DNA of 64,000 nucleotides from Eubacteriales bacterium (GTDB lineage Bacteria; Bacillota; Clostridia; Oscillospirales; CAG-382): NCBI GenBank assembly GCA_045604705.1, contig JAZUOO010000021.1, positions 3,410 to 67,409 of the forward strand, read 5' to 3'. Shown piece by piece: positions 30,589 to 38,851 of this stretch (position 1 is its first letter; each line of letters starts with the position of its first letter). The notes under the pieces were generated by a model. It saw only the letters and a program-made list of their open reading frames with translations, ran no database searches and was not told where the DNA came from. The position numbers and the translations under genes were made by a program.

Positions 30589-30983
30589 TAAAATCAGATA
30601 TAATATGAACCAATGTTAAAAAAGTTTACATATTTGGAGTGCACTTAAGAATTGAAGATTTTTTGTCGGTTTTTGTCGATGAGGTGTCAGTGATTTGACG
30701 AGGCATTAGGAAAAAATTTCAAAAACATCTCGAATGCTTTTCACTGACACACTTTGTCACAAATTTTGAATTTTTTAGTGCCGAGTTTTCTTGAATTTAC
30801 GGGTGGTAAAATCGAAATTTTATGTTTTCTACGGATTTTTCACAAGCCTACAAAATACCCATAAAAGAAGAAACACGACTATCTAAAATTAAACACACCA
30901 CAAAAGAGGTATCTCTTGTGGTGTATTTCATAATCGTGTTTAGTGTATTTTTTTGAAAATCCTTATTTTAAGCCAATTTTAGT

Positions 30984-31043
30984 TTATTTGAAGTATCTCT
31001 TTAAAAGTCCCTCAAGACCACGTCCGTGTCGAGCTTCGTCACG
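30984..31043 (-). pseudogene. Displaced 3' end of a rubrerythrin gene (19 codons plus stop)
   Basis: Encodes [19 protein letters not shown], compared with [19 protein letters not shown] at the end of the intact gene (50616-50675). The downstream block CCTTATTTTAAGCCA and an AGAAACACGACTATCTAAAAT hairpin arm are also shared. Confidence 0.75.
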
Positions 31044-31110
31044 AATATCTGATTGAGATTTGCCGATTTTGCCCGTAAATACACGGGTTTTGCAAAATAA
31101 CAATTTTGCT

Positions 31111-31130
31111 TTTCCCACGGATTTCCCACG
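31111..31130 (+). repeat. TTTCCCACGGATTTCCCACG, candidate integrase arm-type sites (left arm); a further TTCCCACA at 31140-31147
   Basis: Identical 20-mer at 50438-50457. Confidence 0.8.
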
Positions 31131-31231
31131 TAAAACCGCTTCCCACATATGAGATTTTTCACAGTAAATTTCACCTTTACTGTTTAAACTTATTATATCA
31201 TAAACGAAGCGTAATGTCAATGTACAAGGTG

Positions 31232-32140
31232 TTAATTTTGGTCATCTTTTTGTTTCACTAAAAATTTGTATACTTTTTCTATTGCATTTTTAGCTTTTTC
31301 CGTTGTACATTTCTCGTACAGTCTTTCGTACAAGCCTTGTTCAAAATACTTTTGATCATTTGGATTATAATATAAACTCATAATTATATCGTCACTAAGA
31401 TTCACAAAATCCCTTAGCTGATCAAAATGTTTAGAAGAAAACACCACAATGGTGGTATCGTTTGGATTATCATCATATTTTACATATTCTTCTTTAAATT
31501 TCCCTGGGATTGAGGATATATGCATTACTTCTCCCTCTATAACAGGTATAACATACGCATGAAATAATGTGTCATTATGTTTTTTCTCATACATAATCTC
31601 TTTAGTGTTTTTTAATAGCTCTTCTAATTTGTGAGTATGTGGAACATTTCCGCCTAGTAAAGAAATATACGCCTTTAATAGAGTTTCGGAAAAAAATATT
31701 AAATTGTGAAATAATGCAAGGGTTAATTCTTCTATTGCTTGATAACAAGAACTATCAATGTCATATACACTATTGTTATTACAAACTTGTGTTGCATCAT
31801 CCAACAAGTGATTTAGTACTGTTTTCTGGCATAAAAAAGCGTTTACAAAATTGTTTTTAGTTGGTTTAGACGTGGGAACCAAACCCATCGTGCTTATCCA
31901 AACAAACCCAAACTCACTTTCGGATATATGTATATTTTTATCACGATCAAAATAGCAATAATTTTCTTGGAAAAGTTCTACAGAAATATTTACATCTTCA
32001 AAAAATTTGTTGTAAAGATCATCGTTGTCAAAAACAAATGCCATTGCAAATGGTGGCCCCTCTTTAAAGCGGTATATTAGGTATTCTAAATCATTATTGT
32101 TTTTTATAACTAAAGCTTCTTCTTTGGTGATCATTGTCAA
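31232..32140 (-). CDS. Hypothetical protein with a possible C-terminal HEPN-like helix pair
   Basis: AT-rich gene. The segment ETLLKAYISLLGGNVPHTHKLEELLK resembles the classical HEPN helix signature (..KALL...G....THdL..LL), recalled from memory. No other recognisable motif. Confidence 0.5.
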   Translation of the reverse strand: MTMITKEEALVIKNNNDLEYLIYRFKEGPPFAMAFVFDNDDLYNKFFEDVNISVELFQENYCYFDRDKNIHISESEFGFVWISTMGLVPTSKPTKNNFVNAFLCQKTVLNHLLDDATQVCNNNSVYDIDSSCYQAIEELTLALFHNLIFFSETLLKAYISLLGGNVPHTHKLEELLKNTKEIMYEKKHNDTLFHAYVIPVIEGEVMHISSIPGKFKEEYVKYDDNPNDTTIVVFSSKHFDQLRDFVNLSDDIIMSLYYNPNDQKYFEQGLYERLYEKCTTEKAKNAIEKVYKFLVKQKDDQN

Positions 32141-32560
32141 GTCCTCGTCAATTTTACAAAAATTTTTTAACTATGATTTACTTTTATTATATCACGAAAA
32201 CAAGATTATTGAAAGTGCGTTTCTGTAAATAACACAATTTTGTTTTATTATACTTCTGTGGAAGCACAAGGTCTTAAATCCACATAGTTTTTTCAATTTT
32301 AGAAGAAGGTGTAAAACCCGTATGTTTTTTAAACCGTGTTTTATGGTGGGAAAATCCAATGTTAAGGCTGGCGAAGTTTTTGCAAAAAGGCAATTTTTTA
32401 AAAAATGGAATTTACACTTACTTCATCACCCTAAAATCTTCGAAAACCTCTGAAAATACGGTACTTTCCAAGTCTTGAGAAAACCATTAAAATCATTTTT
32501 TGCAGCATACTATGTAGGCTGAAGAGGTGATGTGAAAAGACACTTAAATCAGGGTGGGAT

Positions 32561-33239
32561 TTTCCCGCTTTCTCTTTGCAGGAATTTTGTCTTGATTTTT
32601 CGTATTTTTTTATTCAGAGAGAAAAAGAAGCCTCCGCTTTTCCCTTGCAGGAATATTCCCTTGGAGAAATTGAGGAGATAATCATAGCATTGTATTGAGG
32701 TTGTGTGTTGCAATAACAAGAATGTATCAACAAAGTATTGGAGGAAATTGAGTGTTAAGTGTTGAATTAAACATACGGGCAATAAGACTGAAAAACTTGT
32801 CTTACCAATAGCAATGGAGAGATACATTCAAGAACTTCCATTTCGGCATATCTTAAATTTTAAGTTTAATAGCAAAAGATATGTGTTTTCTTATGATTTA
32901 CTCGCAAACAGGCTATTTTTCGAGATCAAGAACTGCAAAAATAGCATATCAAGAGAAACTGATAAGTAGTATATATTTTTTGTTGAAATTCCTTCTATGC
33001 TTTGTCTCCTTCACCTGTATTACTCTCAACTCAGCAACACATAAAAAACAAGTATTCTCTCATAAATTTCTCCAAGGTTCTGCTGAATCTTTTTCATATA
33101 TCCATCTTATTTACTTTGGTACTTCTGAAAAGAACATTCTGCAATTTCTGCAAGGGATTCCATCCACATAGGAAAGCATAGCACTGCAACTAATTCCTGC
33201 AAATCTGCGAGGGATATTCCTGCAAGATTCTCGACGCCT
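32561..33239. repeat. ORF-less segment bracketed by inverted copies of a YTTGCAGGAAT motif (two per side)
   Basis: Plus strand: CTTTGCAGGAATTTT (32574-32588) and CCTTGCAGGAATATTCCC (32643-32660). Inverted: AATTCCTGCAAAT (33192-33204) and GGGATATTCCTGCAAG (33221-33236). Confidence 0.55.
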
Positions 33240-33502
33240 CAAAGACCGCATAATTTCGATTAAAAAACACTCCACAGCGTCACCTCCTACCCTACGGTGC
33301 TGCTGACCATCTTTTTGTCTTTCTATAGATACCGAAAATCCCCTTGTTTTAAGGCTTTTTGAGGTATTTAGAGGTGACGCTGTCGATTGATTCTTTTATT
33401 GTTTTGAAAATCAATTTTTTAAGTCAACAGCGCCACCTCTAATTAGTGTATTTCGTATGGTTTAGACCTGCCAAAACAGCACTTCAAGCTTACTATTTCG
33501 GC

Positions 33503-33540
33503 AGATCAAAATAAGGCCTCGGATCACTCCGAAGCCTTAT
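33503..33540 (-). terminator. Terminator after the Xis-like gene
   Basis: Stem ATAAGGCCTCGGA / TCCGAAGCCTTAT (one mismatch). The minus strand is followed by TTATTTTGAT. Confidence 0.5.
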
Positions 33541-33553
33541 CTGCTCTATATAA

Positions 33554-33784
33554 TTACTTTTCTGTATCACAAGCGAGGATTTCATCAAAGTTCAAGCCGT
33601 CATACTTATCAAGAAATTCCAAAAGGGACTTTCTTGTGACTTTGCGGCAACCGAGCTTTATAGACTTGAGATGCCCCTGGTTTATAAGAGTATAAACAAA
33701 GTTCTTGTTTATCTTCAGAAGCTCTGCCGTCTCGCTTATTGTATACAGTAATTCCTGCGGATTGTCAAATCTTTTTCCAGTCAT
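33554..33784 (-). CDS. Small MerR/excisionase-type HTH protein (Xis-like, Tn916 orf8-type position)
   Basis: LYTISETAELLKINKNFVYTLINQGHLKSIKLG is an HTH_17-type motif. ATG at 33784 lies 7 nt after GGAGGTG. Confidence 0.7.
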   Translation of the reverse strand: MTGKRFDNPQELLYTISETAELLKINKNFVYTLINQGHLKSIKLGCRKVTRKSLLEFLDKYDGLNFDEILACDTEK

Positions 33785-33789
33785 TAAAT

Positions 33790-34155
33790 TCACCTCCTGT
33801 GTCTAAAATTTCGTTCTTCAAGTTGTTTCCGTAGTTTGTTTAAAGCCTTGTTCTTTTGTACGTACACATTGTTTGTGTTGATTCCAAGTAGCTCCGCTAT
33901 TTCTGCCGGAGTCATTTCTTCTACTATGTTTAGTGTTATAATGATTCTCTCGTTCCTTTGTAGTTTTAATATTTCATCAGCCAATATTTGGTTGTCTATT
34001 TTATTCTTTATTATCCGTGTTACAAATTTATCAAATATTTTTCTCGATTCTTTTCGGATTTCTTTTTCGCTTAAATGGATGGGGATATCAATAGGTTCTG
34101 TGCGTTTACACCAGTCGGCAATAAGCTGCCAGAGATCTATGGGTATAGGCACCAC
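33790..34155 (-). CDS. Sigma-70 region-4-like small regulator (conjugative-transposon orf7-like)
   Basis: LNIVEEMTPAEIAELLGINTNNVYVQKNKALNKLRKQL matches the sigma-70 region 4 HTH. The start codon is unclear: a GTG sits abutting the SD. Confidence 0.6.
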   Translation of the reverse strand: MVPIPIDLWQLIADWCKRTEPIDIPIHLSEKEIRKESRKIFDKFVTRIIKNKIDNQILADEILKLQRNERIIITLNIVEEMTPAEIAELLGINTNNVYVQKNKALNKLRKQLEERNFRHRR

Positions 34156-34189
34156 CTCCTTTTCTTGTTAATGCGGGGATTGCGAATTT

Positions 34190-34244
34190 AGCAAGAAAAA
34201 GAAAAACACACATACGTATCCTATTAAGATACAAATGTGTGTTT
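34190..34244 (-). terminator. Long hairpin plus T-rich tail (terminator or attenuator) between the RloC-like gene and the sigma-like gene
   Basis: AAACACACAT / ATGTGTGTTT outer stem with inner GTATC / GATAC. The minus strand is followed by GTTTTTCTTTTTC. Confidence 0.4.
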
Positions 34245-34390
34245 AATACCGATAAATAAATATTTTAGTGCCTATTAAATTGTTTTATAATCCGTTGCTC
34301 ACTCACATAAGAGCATACTGCCCCCCCAAAAGTGACTTTTAACCAAAAGCTCATTCGGGTAAATGAGCATACCTTTCCCAAGACCTTCAA

Positions 34391-34422
34391 ACTGCTTACC
34401 ATTTTAACTGCTTACCATTTTT
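34391..34422. repeat. Tandem 16-bp direct repeat ACTGCTTACCATTTT(A/T), followed by the palindrome TACAATGTTATTGTA
   Basis: Read directly. It lies in the 408-bp intergenic region upstream of the sigma-like gene. Confidence 0.85.
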
Positions 34423-34563
34423 ACAATGTTATTGTAACACAAATAAGGCAGATTTGCAAGAGATAGAGATAAATAATAGTATGTTTGGGTAAATATTTAC
34501 AGGGAGTTAATATATCGCATTAAGAAGAACGGTATGGAGATTGTTTGATCTGAAATTGTTTTA

Positions 34564-37317
34564 CTATTCAAGCACATCAACAATTTCACCATATGTAAAT
34601 AAAGAATCGTATTCCTCTACATTTATTGGGGCATATTTTTTATTATACGAGCACAGCAAGGTTTTTCCACCACTATAAGACAGATATTTGCAATACACTT
34701 TTCCATTTAAATAGAATGCACCGACTTTTCCTTCGTCAACAGAACTTGTGCGTTTGATAAGAACAATGCTTTTATCTTTAATATTGGGCTCCATACTATC
34801 ACCTGATATTTTCAATGCAAAGTCACAAATTAAATTCTCGGTTTCGTATTCTTCATACGGGATACCATCAAAACTTTCGTTTCCAATGCCGGCTGATAAC
34901 GGTAAATCATATAGAGGAACAATACGCTTAGTTGTTGTTTCGATAATTTCAAATGAATCGTTTTCTGGAATGTCTTTCACCCACGATTTTATATTGTTTA
35001 ATGAATTTGATTCTTCTTGCAAGTAAGCTGTCATATGATGCGGGTTTAATAAATACATAAAACACAAAATATTTTTTGCTGTTTTTTGTTTTTCTGTTTC
35101 TGATATAAATTCGTAAAAATTATTTCCATCATGAATGCTATATACTTGTTCTTCATAATGACTTTCACCATGCAATACCAATCTGTACATCAAATTCTCA
35201 AAATATGTGGAGTGATTATCGAGTGCCTTTAATACATTTTTATCACATGAAACTTTTTCAATATTCTTTTGGTAATTAAATGTAGAAAAAGCTTCTAACA
35301 CCCTACGCATAATATTACCTATTGTTGCACTGTCATTGTTGGAATCCCCATTAGCATAATGATAAACTTTTTTAATCAAGGCACCGTATTCGTTGTGATT
35401 CTTAATTAGTTGTTTCAAAAGAAAATCGTTTAATTCCAAAACTATGTAGGAAGAAGGAGTTGTTCCTGCGATTCCTTTGGTGGACTGGCAAATTTCTTCC
35501 ATGGCTTTTCTTAAATTAAAAACAGTTTCAAGATCGTGAGATAGAATCAGAACTTTACTTTTGGGATTGCCCTTTATAATACGATTTACCTGAAGACGTA
35601 AAAAAGATGAAATACCAACCTTGTTTTCAAAGTCAAAACTTGAAATTGGATCATCGACAACAATAAATGCTTCATTTTGATACAATCTTGATATTTCTTG
35701 ATTAGTTAAAATTTGGGTAAAAAAATAACACAAAGCGATAATATTTCGCTCACCTAAGGACACATTTTTGGGCTTTACATTCTTGCCTTTTGATTTTAAA
35801 TAATATTTATCATTTTTCAACTCTATGGACAATCGTCCTTGAGAAAAGAAAACATAATCTAAAGCGTTATTTATGTTGTTAATCGCTAATCCAATATTAG
35901 ATTTGCGTTGTTCCAAATTTCGGAGAATTTCTTGTGCGTCTCTTAGTTCTTTTTGCTTTTTTTGAAGCTCATCTAATGCTTTATTCTTTTCTTCGGTTTG
36001 TTTTAAATAGTCTTTGTAAACCTGTTCTATTTGAAGATGTGCTATTAATTTGTTGATAGATATAAGTTCTTTAAGAAGAGAGTCTTTTTTATTTGCAGCT
36101 ACATTAAACTTTTTTCTTTCACCTTCAAGCTTTTCTAGCAATTCATTCAACTGTGCAATTTCTATAGTTAAATTACGGCTTGTTAACTGAATAGGTGTAT
36201 ATACATTATTTACTTTCGTATCAATAGCAGTTTTATAATACTCAAGTATTTCGTGGCATACCTTAAGTTGTGCATCAATGCTTTTTAATAAATTTTGATC
36301 CAAAGCTTCAAATGTTGTTAGATTTATACTTAAACTTGGAATAATTATTGATTTCAAAGTAGTTTTATGTTCATCTACATCCTTGTTAAGCACTTTGTCA
36401 ATACTATTGAGTAGACCATTTTTATATGTTTCGCTAACATCTTGATAGCAATAAGGGCATATAGATGTATCTTTTGAGCTGAATTTGTGGCGAGCACTTT
36501 CTACAGTGGTTTGTCCTCCGTTTTGTATGGTTGCCAATATCATCTTTTCTCTGTCGGTTAAGATAGGTTCTTCAAGCTTAGTCGATAAAACTTCCTGGAC
36601 AGACCGTTCCCATTCATCATCGAGAACAAATAGTTTTATTTCATCCGGATAAGTTGTGGTAACATCCGACACTTTGTCTAACAATGCTTGAGTCTCATCA
36701 AACTTTTTCTGAAGTTCTGAAGACATGAGTTTTGTTGATAAACCACAGATTTCTGTAATTATATCGTCAGTAACAGAAGAATTACGACGATTATTCTTTA
36801 TTTTCGAATCTATCTCAGCCCATCCACCGGACTGTTTCAAAATTGTACTTATCCTTGCCCAGTGGTATTGTGGGCTAAGAGGATTTTGATAAGCCAGATA
36901 TTTATCATATTCAATTTGAAGGACTTCGCGTTCTGTTTCAAGAGTGGCAACTTCAGAAAGTTTTTTATCTATTTCATCTTGCACATTAACTTGTCCTCCC
37001 AACAAAATTATAGTGCCAAGTCCATCATCGTCTATTTTTACATTTTCATCGATGTACTTTTCATTGAATACAAATAACTTTGAATCCTCTGAAAGTGCTA
37101 TCGTACGGTTTTCTGCATTTAATAAAGAAGCTGTCAAGTCGGTTGGGGAAGTATTATTGGCTATAGCGGATAAACTTTCTGAAATTGTGCTTTTACCGCT
37201 TCCATTCTTGCCGTATATAATAGATATTCTATCATTAGCATTGGGAAAAAGAACAAGATTTGTTTCAGCATTAAAGCATCTTCCTTTAATTTTTATACCT
37301 TTAACATTCTCTATCAT
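34564..37317 (-). CDS. RloC/PrrC-like ABC-type ATPase with coiled-coil zinc hook, fused to a C-terminal LexA/UmuD-type S24 peptidase domain
   Basis: Walker A G36KNGSGKST. CPYC (287-290) inside a long Lys/Glu/Leu-rich insert. Signature-like SLGER (520-524). Walker B FIVVDD (551-556). H-loop SH594D. PrrC-like R671-x3-E675 then LHGESH720. S24 module: LPLSA809-G810IG, GDS841MEP, CK877YL. Confidence 0.85.
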   Translation of the reverse strand: MIENVKGIKIKGRCFNAETNLVLFPNANDRISIIYGKNGSGKSTISESLSAIANNTSPTDLTASLLNAENRTIALSEDSKLFVFNEKYIDENVKIDDDGLGTIILLGGQVNVQDEIDKKLSEVATLETEREVLQIEYDKYLAYQNPLSPQYHWARISTILKQSGGWAEIDSKIKNNRRNSSVTDDIITEICGLSTKLMSSELQKKFDETQALLDKVSDVTTTYPDEIKLFVLDDEWERSVQEVLSTKLEEPILTDREKMILATIQNGGQTTVESARHKFSSKDTSICPYCYQDVSETYKNGLLNSIDKVLNKDVDEHKTTLKSIIIPSLSINLTTFEALDQNLLKSIDAQLKVCHEILEYYKTAIDTKVNNVYTPIQLTSRNLTIEIAQLNELLEKLEGERKKFNVAANKKDSLLKELISINKLIAHLQIEQVYKDYLKQTEEKNKALDELQKKQKELRDAQEILRNLEQRKSNIGLAINNINNALDYVFFSQGRLSIELKNDKYYLKSKGKNVKPKNVSLGERNIIALCYFFTQILTNQEISRLYQNEAFIVVDDPISSFDFENKVGISSFLRLQVNRIIKGNPKSKVLILSHDLETVFNLRKAMEEICQSTKGIAGTTPSSYIVLELNDFLLKQLIKNHNEYGALIKKVYHYANGDSNNDSATIGNIMRRVLEAFSTFNYQKNIEKVSCDKNVLKALDNHSTYFENLMYRLVLHGESHYEEQVYSIHDGNNFYEFISETEKQKTAKNILCFMYLLNPHHMTAYLQEESNSLNNIKSWVKDIPENDSFEIIETTTKRIVPLYDLPLSAGIGNESFDGIPYEEYETENLICDFALKISGDSMEPNIKDKSIVLIKRTSSVDEGKVGAFYLNGKVYCKYLSYSGGKTLLCSYNKKYAPINVEEYDSLFTYGEIVDVLE

Positions 37318-37405
37318 AAGCAGTCTCTTTCTTTTCTCGTTATTCTTTTAAATGAAAACCAGTATTTATTAGAATATATCCAATATGGTTTTAGATGAAA
37401 TTTCC

Positions 37406-38635
37406 CTATATCGCCCAAATCGGCACAATAAGATTATCCCTATCAAACGCCCCGAACTGTTCTGCCATACAAAGAACAGCACCTGTGCCAACCTGAAGGG
37501 GTGATTTATCGATAACACCGAATGTGCGGATAATACGCTTGTCGGGTGTTGCAGTTTTCTTTATCTCCAAGGGGCAAAGTTTGCCGTCGCCCTCCATAAT
37601 AACATCAATTTCCTTGGCATCACGGTCACGGTAGAAGTAGAGGTACGGCTCACGACCTGCGTTCTGATAGCCCTTCATAATTTCGGACACCGTGAAGTTT
37701 TCGAGCAGTGCACCGCTCATAGCACCGCTTTCTGCGACTTCAGGCGACGACCATTTGGTAAGGTAGCACACAAGGCCCGTGTCATAGAAATAGACCTTAG
37801 GCGTCTTTATAGTGCGTTTTAGCACATTGTTGGAATAAGGGTGAAGCAGGAATATGATTCCGAGCGTTTCGAGAACATCTACCCACGCTTTTGCGGTTGC
37901 CATATCAATCTCGGCATCCTCGGCAAGTGCGTGATAGTTGAGAAGCTGTGATGTTCTTGCAGCAACAGCGGTGATAAATCGGTTGAATTTCAACGCATCC
38001 ACCGTACCCGAAATATCCCTCACATCACGCTCAACATAGGTTGAAAGATAAGAGGAATAGTACATATTTCGGTCGGGATAAAGCCCCGATACGATACCCG
38101 GCATAGAGCCTTTCCAAATTCGTTCAAAGAGGGTTGGAGTATCAACTGGCGCGATTTTCTTGCACTCATCTATCAGAGTTTCCGTATTAGTCGTGAAAGG
38201 CACACAGTCAACCCCGATAATCTCACGCTGAGACATTGGGGACATATGAAGAAGTGCAACACGGCCAGCAAGCGACTCCTGCACACCACGCATAAGGCGG
38301 AATATCTGCGAGCCTGTCATCCAGAAATCTCCGGGATTGTGATGCTCATCAATATGAATTTTGATATATGTGAAAAGTTCAGGTGCATACTGAACCTCGT
38401 CAATCAGCACAGGCGGCTTATGAATCTGCAAAAAGAGAGCAGGATCGTTCTTCGCCATATCTCTTGTTGCAAGGTCATCAAGAGACACATATTCACGTCC
38501 CTTGTTTTCCTTTTCAGCAAGAGCACGAAGCATTGTCGTTTTGCCCGCCTGACGCGGACCTGTCAGTAGAATTGCCGAATATGACTTCGACAGCTCAATT
38601 ATTCTGTTTTCCATATGACGGTAGATGTAACTCAT
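37406..38635 (-). CDS. AAA+ ATPase (AAA_14/DUF4143-type) with a PD-(D/E)xK-like C-terminal motif
   Basis: Walker A LTGPRQAGKTT. Walker B VLIDEVQ. C-terminal EIDVIMEG..PLEIKKT (D..ExK pattern). Start MSYIYRH lies behind GGAGGGAG. Confidence 0.85.
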   Translation of the reverse strand: MSYIYRHMENRIIELSKSYSAILLTGPRQAGKTTMLRALAEKENKGREYVSLDDLATRDMAKNDPALFLQIHKPPVLIDEVQYAPELFTYIKIHIDEHHNPGDFWMTGSQIFRLMRGVQESLAGRVALLHMSPMSQREIIGVDCVPFTTNTETLIDECKKIAPVDTPTLFERIWKGSMPGIVSGLYPDRNMYYSSYLSTYVERDVRDISGTVDALKFNRFITAVAARTSQLLNYHALAEDAEIDMATAKAWVDVLETLGIIFLLHPYSNNVLKRTIKTPKVYFYDTGLVCYLTKWSSPEVAESGAMSGALLENFTVSEIMKGYQNAGREPYLYFYRDRDAKEIDVIMEGDGKLCPLEIKKTATPDKRIIRTFGVIDKSPLQVGTGAVLCMAEQFGAFDRDNLIVPIWAI

Positions 38636-38677
38636 AACTCCCTCCGTGTACAACAATGGCAGTTTAATTCTGTGTAT

Positions 38678-38706
38678 ATTATACTCCTATTTTACCCGTT
38701 TGTCAA
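38678..38706 (-). promoter_or_regulatory. Consensus promoter of the ATPase / RloC-S24 operon
   Basis: Minus strand: TTGACA (38706-38701), 17-nt spacer, TATAAT (38683-38678), about 40 nt upstream of the ATG at 38635. Confidence 0.6.
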
Positions 38707-38772
38707 TAAAAATTTCGGCTAATTTTGTAAACTTTATGAAATTAGCCGAACAAATCCGCCTATATGAGCTCT

Positions 38773-38803
38773 AAAAAAAGCGAACACCGCCGAAGCGGTG
38801 TTC
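38773..38803 (-). terminator. Strong rho-independent terminator after the 4-TM gene
   Basis: GAACACCGC / GCGGTGTTC stem, CGAA loop. The minus strand is followed by GCTTTTTTT. Confidence 0.8.
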
Positions 38804-38851
38804 AATTCAGGCAAGAATGTTTTATTGCTTTATATGTTTTTTGCATAGTTC

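Noticed and set aside
31111-31130. The perfect 20-bp direct repeat (also at 50438-50457), considered as the island's att core / target-site duplication.
   Set aside because: The duplicated rubrerythrin tails lie outside these repeats on both sides. The 20-mer is itself a tandem of TTCCCACGG with further copies nearby, which fits arm-type integrase sites inside the element better than the crossover core.
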